From NCBI GenBank assembly GCA_012145005.1, contig GCA_012145005.1_3029.1: a stretch of 47,548 bases of DNA, one strand, 5' to 3'. Positions 9,930-18,539 of the stretch are shown here, piece after piece (positions within the stretch are counted from its first letter, which is position 1; each line of letters starts with the position of its first letter). The DNA is from a phage. Both the position numbers and the translations under genes were made by a program. Below the pieces are notes generated by a model. It made no database searches. It was not told the DNA's origin and worked only from the letters and a program-made list of their open reading frames with translations.

Positions 9930-10118
9930 ATGAAAATTGAAGCACTTAATCAAGAAGGAAATATCTACGTCATCATTAATGGTGATTTTTTCGTCGACAT
10001 GGATGAAGTTACCAGTGAAGAACTTGAAAAACTTCTTAAGAAACGTTATGATATGTGTGATGAAGCTGCAACTCATATGGCGTGTGCAATATTCTCTCTT
10101 TCATATGTGGTGGAATAA
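9930..10118 (+). CDS. small hypothetical protein
   Basis: ORF track trimmed to ATG 9930 with GAGGAG RBS. Confidence 0.45.
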   Translation: MKIEALNQEGNIYVIINGDFFVDMDEVTSEELEKLLKKRYDMCDEAATHMACAIFSLSYVVE

Positions 10119-10300
10119 TGATTAGTATCGAACAAGCAGATAAAATTAAAGAATTGGTAGCTTTAATTCGCAAAGCAGATGAGGAACGCGTTAACTTTGC
10201 CTTATCAGGTATTGAAGAATTTGAAACTAAGGTTGATAATGCTTTAGAAGCTTTAGATATGTTTCTTGATGAAATTATCGATCATAATACGAGAGTTTAA
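10118..10300 (+). CDS. small acidic helical protein
   Basis: ORF track trimmed to ATG 10118; [13 protein letters not shown]. Confidence 0.4.
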   Translation: MISIEQADKIKELVALIRKADEERVNFALSGIEEFETKVDNALEALDMFLDEIIDHNTRV

Positions 10301-10302
10301 GT

Positions 10303-10497
10303 ATGCTAACACGTGAACAGTTTGAAAAAATCATTAAATTAGCACGTGATGTTGAAATAGATTCATATCAATTGGCAGTTGAGCACTGTGAAGGATATTC
10401 ATACGACGGTATAGAAGCAGCTAAAAAGGATTTAGATAAATCCAAAGCTAAGTTAGTTCAATATCTTGAAATGATTAGGTGGAATAATGAAAACTGA
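10303..10497 (+). CDS. small acidic helical protein
   Basis: ORF track; MLTREQFEKIIKL. Confidence 0.4.
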   Translation: MLTREQFEKIIKLARDVEIDSYQLAVEHCEGYSYDGIEAAKKDLDKSKAKLVQYLEMIRWNNEN

Positions 10498-10660
10498 AAA
10501 GCAGATGTTTTTAATGAAGCTAATTGAAGAATATGCTAATGCAGTTTCTGACTATGAGTGTTCTTCTCGGGAAAGAGGTACAGCTTTCGCAAAGGAAGAA
10601 ATGAAAATCATGGTTGATGCTCACACAAAACTCCAGAATTTTATTGAAAACGTCATTTAA
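10487..10660 (+). CDS. small hypothetical protein (57 aa)
   Basis: below track cutoff; start overlaps previous gene end. Confidence 0.3.
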   Translation: MKTEKQMFLMKLIEEYANAVSDYECSSRERGTAFAKEEMKIMVDAHTKLQNFIENVI

Positions 10661-10662
10661 TG

Positions 10663-10692
10663 GTTTACAAGTTGGCAAGGTTATGGTATAGT
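10663..10692 (+). promoter_or_regulatory. T4-type early promoter
   Basis: GTTTAC, about 18 bp, TATAGT; inverted repeat GTTGGCAA/TTGCCAAC flanks the -10. Confidence 0.55.
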
Positions 10693-10720
10693 AATTTTGC
10701 CAACTGCCAAGGAGAAGAGA

Positions 10721-10825
10721 ATGAAAGTTTTGTTTGTTGTGTATGTGATGATTCAATATAATTACCCAATGTTTACTTATAATTTGGTGAACAATATTAT
10801 TGATATTATTCAAAGGAGTATGTAA
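10721..10825 (+). CDS. possible 34-aa hydrophobic leader peptide
   Basis: AAGGAG-like RBS then ATG; MKVLFVVYVMIQYNYPMF; low confidence. Confidence 0.2.
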   Translation: MKVLFVVYVMIQYNYPMFTYNLVNNIIDIIQRSM

Positions 10826-10827
10826 TT

Positions 10828-11385
10828 GTGAGTGAGTCAAAGAGAATCAATATGAAACGATTAGTATTAGAAGTTAGTCCGCTTTTTGGTGAATTGGCTA
10901 TAGAAAAAGTAAATAATATGTATCGTTTGACGCAAGAAGACGATATGCTATATTTTACGCCCAGTGAAATCATTCGTTTAACCCAAATTGAATATCCTTA
11001 TACTGATAAAATAGTAAGCATCAATGATGAGCACAAAATTCATTTTTATTCTTCATGCCCAGGATTTAATATTAACAGTGAGTCAATGTGTTTATCAGTT
11101 ATCCATTGGGATAGTTTTATAGCTAAGATTAAATATTTTTATTATTCTAATGAAAGAAAACATAGTTTAAAATGGCTCAAAAATTGCAATGCTATTATTA
11201 CTAACGCTTGCAATCAGAATGATGAAACTCTTTTAAATGTATCAAAATGTTATGAAGAGGGAGATGTCTTAACTATTCGCCAAATTGACGATTTTCGATC
11301 ACATATTGTCACATTTACCAAAGACGAAGCTATTGCGCTAAAGACTTATCTTGATTCTGTCATTCCAACTATGATTTCAAAGTGA
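10828..11385 (+). CDS. hypothetical protein, paralog pair member A
   Basis: GTG start 9 nt after AAGGAG; C-terminus KDEAIALKTYLDSVIPTM similar to next gene. Confidence 0.45.
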   Translation: MSESKRINMKRLVLEVSPLFGELAIEKVNNMYRLTQEDDMLYFTPSEIIRLTQIEYPYTDKIVSINDEHKIHFYSSCPGFNINSESMCLSVIHWDSFIAKIKYFYYSNERKHSLKWLKNCNAIITNACNQNDETLLNVSKCYEEGDVLTIRQIDDFRSHIVTFTKDEAIALKTYLDSVIPTMISK

Positions 11386-11391
11386 GGAAAT

Positions 11392-11913
11392 ATGTTTATT
11401 TCAAGTGAAAGTGGTTTAATTCGTGTTGAATTTAAAAATGACATCTTCCTTATTCAAGGAGATGATATTATTAAAATGAGTTATGACGAAATCAAGAAAA
11501 TTTGTCATACTCTTGAAAGTCATGGAAAGGAAAATGCTACTATCGATATAGGTGATTTATGGGTGACGCTTTATGAAGTATCCGAAGGATTTAACATTGA
11601 AGATGAAAACAACATCTTAGCTATTGATAAAAGAAGTGATTTGTTTGATGTGTTAAAAGTTTATGAACAGTCAAACGGTGGAAGAAAAGCCGTATTGATT
11701 TATCAAAAACCGCATTCATGCGGAACTGCTTCAATTATTTCAAATATTGAAGATGAAACTGATACCTATATGTGTGTTTTGAAAGCGGGCGGTGACCGTC
11801 ATCCGGATTTTATTTCTATTCGTCAAAACAATGGAGAAATTTCATTATCAAAATCAGAAGCTGAAGCTATGATTAAGTATTTAACAACCGTTACACCTTC
11901 AATGAAAGGATAA
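11392..11913 (+). CDS. hypothetical protein, paralog pair member B
   Basis: C-terminus KSEAEAMIKYLTTVTPSM parallels previous gene. Confidence 0.45.
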   Translation: MFISSESGLIRVEFKNDIFLIQGDDIIKMSYDEIKKICHTLESHGKENATIDIGDLWVTLYEVSEGFNIEDENNILAIDKRSDLFDVLKVYEQSNGGRKAVLIYQKPHSCGTASIISNIEDETDTYMCVLKAGGDRHPDFISIRQNNGEISLSKSEAEAMIKYLTTVTPSMKG

Positions 11914-11915
11914 TT

Positions 11916-12377
11916 ATGATTATTAATGAAAGCTCTTGGCACTATAAATTATTCAAAATGTTTAATGATGAATGGAAACGACCTAAGACACTATGCGCGT
12001 ATTTTTGGTCTATTGTTATTCCTACATTTTTCGTTTCTTTTTTCGGATGTACTATACTCGCAGGTCTAACTATCATCTGCGCAGAAATCATGCAGAAATG
12101 GCTTATTTTTGGTAGTTTATGGACTCTTATTCCATCAGCATTTATACTTGCCATTTTGCTTGTTTTACTTATTATCGGTTCATTTGTTATTCCTGCACAA
12201 TTGCATGAAAAATATAAAGATTATAAATGGAAAAAGGATTATGCTTTACATGTAGAAAATATTGATAGGGCGTATAAAGGTTTACCTCCTATTCAACCAA
12301 AGAAATCTATTATCGTCGAATTTTTAAAAGCGCGTAAAGCTAAAGTATGTCCTGTTATTGAATATAAGGCTGAATGA
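11916..12377 (+). CDS. two-TM membrane protein
   Basis: two long hydrophobic segments in ORF track protein. Confidence 0.45.
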   Translation: MIINESSWHYKLFKMFNDEWKRPKTLCAYFWSIVIPTFFVSFFGCTILAGLTIICAEIMQKWLIFGSLWTLIPSAFILAILLVLLIIGSFVIPAQLHEKYKDYKWKKDYALHVENIDRAYKGLPPIQPKKSIIVEFLKARKAKVCPVIEYKAE

Positions 12378-13387
12378 TGAAAACAGTAATGAAAAGCTAT
12401 TTTGGCAGTCATCTTTATGGAACTTCTACTCCAGAATCTGATGTAGATTTTAAAGAAATCTTTGTTCCTCCTGCTCGCGATATTCTTATCGGAAATGTTA
12501 AAGAGCATATGAGTAAAAACACTAACAACACATCATCTAAAAACACTAAAGATGATATTGACCATGAACTATACAGTCTTAAGTATTTCTTTAAATTAGC
12601 AGCAGATGGTGAAACTGTAGCATTGGATATGCTTCACACTCCACCTGAGCTAGTGGTTAAATCTGATTTACCTGATGTATGGAAATTTATCCAAGACAAT
12701 CGTTCACGATTTTATACAACTAACATGAAATCCTATTTAGGATATGTCCGTAAGCAAGCTTCTAAATATGGTGTTAAGGGTTCTCGTTTGGCCGCATTGC
12801 GTGATGTATTGAAAGTAGTTAATCAAATCCCCGATCAGTGGGTTGATTATCAAGAAGACGGTTCCATTAAGCAACGTCGCACTAAAGTTGAAGATATTAA
12901 GCATCGTCTTCCAGAGAACGAATTCTGTGAATGGGTATTCCATAATCATGAGAAAACCGGTCCACAAACGTTCTACACTGTGTTGGGTCGTAAATATCAG
13001 ACAACACTTTCTCTTATTGAGCTTAAGCAGTCTTTGAATAAACTTGATGCCGAATACGGTGAACGTGCTCGTAAGGCTGAAGCGAATGAAGGTATTGACT
13101 GGAAAGCATTGAGTCATGCTTGTCGTGGTGGACTCCAACTATTGGAAATTTACAAAACTGGTGACTTAGTCTATCCACTTCAAGATGCTCCGTTTATTCT
13201 CGACGTGAAGCTGGGTAAACATCCATTTAAAACTGTTCAAGAGTTTTTGGAAGATGTGGTCGATCAAGTAGAAGCAGCATCCATTGAAGCTTCTAAGAAC
13301 GGTATGCAGCAAAAAGTAGACATGGGTTTTTGGGATGACTTCCTTGAGAGGGTTTATCTTGAAAACCACCGAAGTTATTATAAATGA
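12374..13387 (+). CDS. Pol-beta-superfamily nucleotidyltransferase-fold protein
   Basis: N-terminal FGSHLYGTSTPESDVDF fits hG[GS]x9-13Dh[DE]h NTase signature; candidate third acidic residue in VALDML. Confidence 0.5.
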   Translation: MMKTVMKSYFGSHLYGTSTPESDVDFKEIFVPPARDILIGNVKEHMSKNTNNTSSKNTKDDIDHELYSLKYFFKLAADGETVALDMLHTPPELVVKSDLPDVWKFIQDNRSRFYTTNMKSYLGYVRKQASKYGVKGSRLAALRDVLKVVNQIPDQWVDYQEDGSIKQRRTKVEDIKHRLPENEFCEWVFHNHEKTGPQTFYTVLGRKYQTTLSLIELKQSLNKLDAEYGERARKAEANEGIDWKALSHACRGGLQLLEIYKTGDLVYPLQDAPFILDVKLGKHPFKTVQEFLEDVVDQVEAASIEASKNGMQQKVDMGFWDDFLERVYLENHRSYYK

Positions 13388-13388
13388 T

Positions 13389-13413
13389 AGGGAGCCTTCG
13401 GGCTCCCTTTTTG
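13389..13413 (+). terminator. UUCG-tetraloop stem-loop with T-tract
   Basis: AGGGAGCC-TTCG-GGCTCCCT then TTTTT. Confidence 0.7.
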
Positions 13414-13435
13414 TTTAAAATGACGTCACAAAGTT

Positions 13436-13465
13436 GTTTACTTCTGCCGCAAAGCATATTATAAT
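13436..13465 (+). promoter_or_regulatory. T4-type early promoter
   Basis: GTTTAC, 17 bp, TATAAT. Confidence 0.65.
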
Positions 13466-13511
13466 ATATGTGTAGTTAATTAATTGCTCTTTAAAAATTG
13501 AGGAGAATACA

Positions 13512-13997
13512 ATGCATATTTTAATGCAATGCCTTGGCAACAAAATTAATGATTTTAATCATAAGCGTGTTAATGATTACATTAAAGACAAACTTGAGAT
13601 TAAAGACACACTTTTTAGAGGACTTACAATAGAGGAAGTGCTATCTTATAAGTTTGAAGTTAATAGGAGAATCAAATTTAAAAGAATAACTTCCTTTAGC
13701 AGTGAGTCTCATATAGCTGAAACGTTTGCGGCAGAACGCTATATGACTAATGTTTTAGTAGTATTAAAAAATGCAAACGTTTTCGACTATTCGACTGCTA
13801 TGATTGACATTTTAGAAAATTTAATCGCAATTGAAGAATCTGGTCAAACTGACGATGATAAGCTTAACAAGCTTTATGATAACCTTTGTATGGTAGATTA
13901 TGAAAGAGAGTTTTTACTGCCAATTAATTCTGAGTTAATAGTTAAAAACATATATTTTGATAGCAAAAAGAACATGCATATAGTAGAAATGGAATAA
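13512..13997 (+). CDS. putative mono-ADP-ribosyltransferase (R-S-E class, C3/ModB-like minimal domain)
   Basis: LFRG (Arg36), TSFSS (STS-like, 60-64), YEREFLLPINSELIV (ExE 131-133 in an ARTT-loop-like context) in canonical order and spacing. Confidence 0.5.
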   Translation: MHILMQCLGNKINDFNHKRVNDYIKDKLEIKDTLFRGLTIEEVLSYKFEVNRRIKFKRITSFSSESHIAETFAAERYMTNVLVVLKNANVFDYSTAMIDILENLIAIEESGQTDDDKLNKLYDNLCMVDYEREFLLPINSELIVKNIYFDSKKNMHIVEME

Positions 13998-14005
13998 ATC
14001 GACAC

Positions 14006-14034
14006 AAAGGGGCCCTAGAGGTCCCCTTTTTATT
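14006..14034 (+). terminator. stem-loop with T-tract
   Basis: AAAGGGG...CCCCTTTT followed by TATTT. Confidence 0.6.
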
Positions 14035-14042
14035 TCAAAAAT

Positions 14043-14065
14043 TTTTTCACAAAACGGTTTACAAG
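14043..14065 (+). repeat. 23-nt promoter-cassette segment repeated at 40319-40341
   Basis: TTTTTCACAAAACGGTTTACAAG identical at both sites. Confidence 0.7.
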
Positions 14066-14086
14066 CATAAAGCTTTATGGTACTAT
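14057..14086 (+). promoter_or_regulatory. T4-type early promoter
   Basis: GTTTAC, 17 bp, TACTAT; shares segments with promoters at 15499 and 40333. Confidence 0.65.
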
Positions 14087-14101
14087 ACAACTATCAACTA
14101 C
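14078..14101 (+). repeat. 24-nt promoter-cassette segment repeated at 15520-15543
   Basis: TGGTACTATACAACTATCAACTAC identical at both sites. Confidence 0.7.
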
Positions 14102-14123
14102 TGATACGGATTTGGAGAATAAA

Positions 14124-15092
14124 ATGAAAACTGTAACTATCAATAAGGGTATCTACTTCGGTAAAGAAATCTCTGGAACTTTTGAGCTCTTAGGCGAATG
14201 GTTCCCAGATAATGCTCCGGTAGATGCACAAGGAGATGGTAAAGTTTTTGTTGAAATTGACGGTAAACGTCGCGGTGTTTGGGTTTACAAATCAGATATT
14301 TCATATGATGGTGTAAAAGTTGAAGAAGTTAAAGAATCATATGAAGATATGAAAACCCGCATTAATAAAAGATTTAATGTTATGGGAATGATGACGAATG
14401 GTATTATTAATGGAAATATTCGTTCATTAATTATCTCTGGCGCAGCAGGTATTGGTAAAACGTATTCTTTAGATAAAGCTTTAAATAAAGCAAATGATAT
14501 TGGATACATTGAATATAAAAGCATTAATGGTAAAATCTCTGGTATTGGTCTTTATGAGCAGCTTTGGAATAATCGTGAAGAGAATTCTGTCCTTTTGATT
14601 GATGATGTGGATGTTTTCTCTGATATGGACATTCTTAATCTTCTAAAAGCCGCTCTGGACACTGGAGAGACCCGTAAAGTCTGCTGGAGTACTGCGTCTT
14701 CTTACTTAGAAGAAAAAGGCATTGACCGTGAGTTTGAATTTAAAGGAACGATTGTTTTTATCACAAACGTTGACATTGACCGCGAATTAGACCGTGGTAC
14801 TAAACTTGCTCCACATTTACAAGCATTGGTGTCCCGCTCAGTTTATTTGGATTTGGGTGTTCACACTAATGAAGAAATTATGGTCAGGGTTGAAGATGTT
14901 ATTCTTTCAACCGACATGATGCAAAAGCGCGGTCTTTCTGATGAAGAAACTTATAAAGCATTATCATGGATGAAAGTTAATGTTAATCGTTTACGCAATG
15001 TTTCACTGCGTACTGCTCTTTATCTTGCTGACTTTATTATGACCGACAAAAACGGTTGGGAAGAAATTGCTGAGGTTACTCTTCTAAAATAA
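14124..15092 (+). CDS. AAA+ ATPase-like protein
   Basis: Walker A ISGAAGIGKT, Walker B VLLIDDVD, sensor-1-like IVFITN; about 100-aa N-terminal domain. Confidence 0.55.
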   Translation: MKTVTINKGIYFGKEISGTFELLGEWFPDNAPVDAQGDGKVFVEIDGKRRGVWVYKSDISYDGVKVEEVKESYEDMKTRINKRFNVMGMMTNGIINGNIRSLIISGAAGIGKTYSLDKALNKANDIGYIEYKSINGKISGIGLYEQLWNNREENSVLLIDDVDVFSDMDILNLLKAALDTGETRKVCWSTASSYLEEKGIDREFEFKGTIVFITNVDIDRELDRGTKLAPHLQALVSRSVYLDLGVHTNEEIMVRVEDVILSTDMMQKRGLSDEETYKALSWMKVNVNRLRNVSLRTALYLADFIMTDKNGWEEIAEVTLLK

Positions 15093-15193
15093 TTCATAAG
15101 AGGACTTCTATGACAAAAAGGCAGTTCAGAAATAGATTATATGGACTGCCATCAAAAAGATGACTAGAATTAAACTGGTAAATGGAGGTAGTG

Positions 15194-15496
15194 ATGTTAT
15201 ACTCAAAGGCTCGTGAAATTTACGAAACTAAAATTAAAGAAGCTGTATTTCAATTCGCAACGACAATGCGATGGACAAATGATTGGGAGTATTCAAAAAA
15301 TCATAAGAAGCCCCTGGTGACAAGAAAGGCTCATATGTTAGTGTTAATAGACCGTGAGCAGATTAAAGCCCGAGAAGCCCTCCAGAATCATAAAAAGGCT
15401 GCCTTTGAATGGTTTATGGATAACACTGCTCCTGAGACTAAGAAAGTAGTGAGCGCTTGGTTCAGTGGAAAAAATTGTGAAAGAAGTTTCTTTTAG
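15194..15496 (+). CDS. hypothetical basic protein
   Basis: ORF track trimmed to ATG 15194 after GGAGG. Confidence 0.4.
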   Translation: MLYSKAREIYETKIKEAVFQFATTMRWTNDWEYSKNHKKPLVTRKAHMLVLIDREQIKAREALQNHKKAAFEWFMDNTAPETKKVVSAWFSGKNCERSFF

Positions 15497-15498
15497 TT

Positions 15499-15528
15499 GT
15501 TTACAAGACCGTTCCTCTGTGGTACTAT
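15499..15528 (+). promoter_or_regulatory. T4-type early promoter
   Basis: GTTTAC, 17 bp, TACTAT; 29/30 identical to promoter at 40333-40362. Confidence 0.65.
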
Positions 15529-15556
15529 ACAACTATCAACTACGGAGGAACACAAA

Positions 15557-16084
15557 ATGAACGCTAAAGATATTTTCAACTTGGTAAATTACAACGATGG
15601 TAAATTTAAATCTGAAGCACAAAGTAAGTTCTTTAATGACATCTCAATCGGAGGTGAAATCACAGTTGACGGAGGACAAATTTACAAATCCCGTTGGAAT
15701 TGGATCGTTATTATCGATGAGATTGGTATTGTAGAAATTTACAAGAATACGAATAAAAATCGTACATTACACTGGTCTCGTGATACTAACGAACAGTACA
15801 AAAGGGATAAAGCATCTAAATTATCTCGTGTAACTCAAGAAGATATTGAGTTCATCAAGAAAGATATTTTGATGTATGATAACTTAATTGCTGAAGAGCA
15901 AGCTGTTATTGATAAATTTGATGAGATTAAAGCTTCTCGTGAAATTCCTGATTTTATGAAAGAATCAGTAAATGAACGATACACTCTCATTTCAGAGCGT
16001 ATTGAAACTTACAAAAAGCAAAGAGCTGAACGCCAAAATACTCTTCGGAAGTTTGAAGAACGGTTAAAGACGGTACTCGCATAA
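15557..16084 (+). CDS. hypothetical protein with C-terminal coiled coil
   Basis: ORF track 15497 trimmed to ATG 15557 because the extension spans the promoter. Confidence 0.45.
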   Translation: MNAKDIFNLVNYNDGKFKSEAQSKFFNDISIGGEITVDGGQIYKSRWNWIVIIDEIGIVEIYKNTNKNRTLHWSRDTNEQYKRDKASKLSRVTQEDIEFIKKDILMYDNLIAEEQAVIDKFDEIKASREIPDFMKESVNERYTLISERIETYKKQRAERQNTLRKFEERLKTVLA

Positions 16085-16139
16085 CCGCTTTATACCAAGG
16101 ATGGTATAATGGTTCTAAGCCCTTTTAATTGAGATTATT

Positions 16140-16547
16140 ATGAAACGGTTGATAATTAAAAGATTGAATTTATTGATATGTTGTTTATGTGTAGTAGTTG
16201 CATATGGTTATTACGCAATTAATGATTATATGCACTATAAAGATTATGATGTTACTGTAGTTAATACCATTACAGGAACACAAGGAAAAGGGTCTAGTTT
16301 ATCGTTTATTGCCGTATATGAACTCAAAGACGGTTATAGATTTAGTGAATATATTTCCCCAGAGATGTATTCTTCAATAGAAAAAGGTGATAATATTACT
16401 GTAAGTTTACGTCCTTTCGACGTAAAACAGACACTGTTTGATAATATTGTTTGGTTCTTTGGGATGGTATTAGTTCAATCTGTGTGTGGTGCTTATGTAG
16501 TCTGTTCAATCATATTCTGTGTATTTAGTAAAATTGAAATTGAGTGA
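16140..16547 (+). CDS. membrane protein
   Basis: N- and C-terminal hydrophobic helices. Confidence 0.45.
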   Translation: MKRLIIKRLNLLICCLCVVVAYGYYAINDYMHYKDYDVTVVNTITGTQGKGSSLSFIAVYELKDGYRFSEYISPEMYSSIEKGDNITVSLRPFDVKQTLFDNIVWFFGMVLVQSVCGAYVVCSIIFCVFSKIEIE

Positions 16548-16554
16548 GGAAAAT

Positions 16555-17445
16555 ATGTCAGTAGTAATTAATAATGTCAATGCAGTAATTAAATCATTAG
16601 TTAATAAAAAAATGATGAATGAATGGACTGTACTTCGTCGTGGAGAGCCAGATAAATTTTTTCATAGATTTAACCCAACTTTGGATTTGAATGTTATCGA
16701 CAAAGATGTTCATGCTGAAATTTTAGATAAGTTTAAAGTTGATATTGGATTTGGATTAGAAAAACATTTACAGCGAACAAATGGATCTGGAATGAGTTTA
16801 TCTAATCGCATTATGAAAGCCCTTAATAAAATTGGAGCGTTGTCTCGTATTAATGCGAGTGAAATTCTTCGTAATTATAATAAAGGATATGACCTTTATG
16901 GTCGACTAATGCCGAAGTTATCATTTGACCAAATGATTGCAGATTTGTGGGAAAATCAGCGACGATTATTAGCATTAGGCGCTCGATTGGCTAAAGGTCT
17001 AGATAAACAAATGATTTTTAAGACCAATAATACAGAAGACCTTAAATGCTTTAAATTTAGTATTCGCGGAGATGATTATTACATCAGAGCTCACTCTACA
17101 GATTATGTTAATATGGGACATCATCTCTGTTTAGCTTTTGAAGTTTTAAAAGAAGCTGGAACATTAGAATATTCATCTGGTGCAAAATGCCCTATTGGTT
17201 CAAGTTGTATTTTAATTTATCGCCCGGATGAATCTAGTTCAACTAAATTGCCTACAAAACCTGTACCAGTTCGTAGTAACGAAAAACATTCTGAACAAAT
17301 TGATTATTTTAATAAGCAAATTGAAGAGCTGAATATTTCTATTCAACAATATGATGATGAAATTTTCAGACTATCTGGACTGAGTAGTAAAGCTAAATCT
17401 GAGCGTGAAAAGTTAATTAAAATTGTTGATTTACTTAAATCTTAA
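16555..17445 (+). CDS. coiled-coil-tailed protein, tandem paralog family member 1
   Basis: start at MSVVINN after GAGGAAAA; C-terminal heptad-rich region. Confidence 0.5.
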   Translation: MSVVINNVNAVIKSLVNKKMMNEWTVLRRGEPDKFFHRFNPTLDLNVIDKDVHAEILDKFKVDIGFGLEKHLQRTNGSGMSLSNRIMKALNKIGALSRINASEILRNYNKGYDLYGRLMPKLSFDQMIADLWENQRRLLALGARLAKGLDKQMIFKTNNTEDLKCFKFSIRGDDYYIRAHSTDYVNMGHHLCLAFEVLKEAGTLEYSSGAKCPIGSSCILIYRPDESSSTKLPTKPVPVRSNEKHSEQIDYFNKQIEELNISIQQYDDEIFRLSGLSSKAKSEREKLIKIVDLLKS

Positions 17446-17453
17446 GGAATACC

Positions 17454-18482
17454 ATGAAAACTCGTTCTCAAATTGAAGATATGGTTCGTAATGCCAGCTA
17501 TACTCGTGATGCTATGACATTTTTGTGTGAAAATAATTTAGACCTTGATAAAGTTAATTGTTCCATTCATGCCTTTAAACATCTGAACAGCAGCGAATGG
17601 GTGCGTAATTTTAGCGAAGCGGGGTATATTACACAAATGACGGCTCGTGAGCAGCTCACCGATTTCTGTAAAACTATTGATTATAAAAATCCTCTATTTG
17701 TTCAAGGCGTTGGTCAAAGTAAGGTTGATTTATCATCTGGATTTTTCAATCCAAATCATTATCGTATTGAATGGAGATTTATTGCTCTGTTCCGTAGACA
17801 ATTAAAGCAAATTTTATCAACTGCGAGTCGATTAAAAGGTTCTGATATTAACTTAAAGAACCTGAAATTTGATGGTTATACTCTTCAGATGGAAGTAAGA
17901 CCATTAAAAGAAAATAACAGAACCGCACGAATTAGCTTTAAACCTAATACAAAAAATTCTCTTTCAATTTGCGAATGCCTTAAATCGCAGTTGACAGAAG
18001 CATTTAAGTATATGGATGTTGTTGCTGCTGTTCAGTCTAAGATTTCACAACATTTCGAACGATTTAAATTAGACACAACAACATATGAACTTGATATGAT
18101 CGTTTCATTTAAATACGATTTTTTGAGAAAGGACGAAGTCACGCAAGAGAAAAAGCAGGAAGTGCAAGATAACTTAAATTTAAATTTATTCAATTACTCA
18201 TCAAACGATCCTAAATTTTGGATGTATAGCTCAAGCAATATAGATGCATGTAAACTTAATAAAGTGAGTTTTCTTCCTACTGAAAATTCAAATTTTAAAC
18301 CTGTAGAAAAATGGCACGCTGACGCGATTGAGAAGTCTCTTAAGGCAGTAGATGATGAACTCGTTAAAGCGACCAATGAAGTGCTAGAAGCTGAAAAGGT
18401 GTTAGAACAAGCTCAGTCAAGGGTTCAAAATCTGACAAAGCAACGTTCTAAACTGAACAATGCACTAAATGCACTGAACTAG
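17454..18482 (+). CDS. coiled-coil-tailed protein, tandem paralog family member 2
   Basis: N-term MKTRSQIEDM; C-terminal coiled coil. Confidence 0.5.
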   Translation: MKTRSQIEDMVRNASYTRDAMTFLCENNLDLDKVNCSIHAFKHLNSSEWVRNFSEAGYITQMTAREQLTDFCKTIDYKNPLFVQGVGQSKVDLSSGFFNPNHYRIEWRFIALFRRQLKQILSTASRLKGSDINLKNLKFDGYTLQMEVRPLKENNRTARISFKPNTKNSLSICECLKSQLTEAFKYMDVVAAVQSKISQHFERFKLDTTTYELDMIVSFKYDFLRKDEVTQEKKQEVQDNLNLNLFNYSSNDPKFWMYSSSNIDACKLNKVSFLPTENSNFKPVEKWHADAIEKSLKAVDDELVKATNEVLEAEKVLEQAQSRVQNLTKQRSKLNNALNALN

Positions 18483-18511
18483 TTTACTTTGCCACAAGGA
18501 TGTGGTATAAT
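18482..18511 (+). promoter_or_regulatory. T4-type early promoter
   Basis: GTTTAC, 17 bp, TATAAT. Confidence 0.65.
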
Positions 18512-18539
18512 GTTCTTACTTTCTACTGAGGAGATTAAT

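Noticed and set aside
18489-18539. Long N-terminal extensions given by the ORF track (18489, 15497, 40208, 3446, 1394)
   Set aside because: The extensions run through promoters or terminator hairpins and lack an RBS; internal ATGs with an RBS give lengths matching known T4 homologs where these exist
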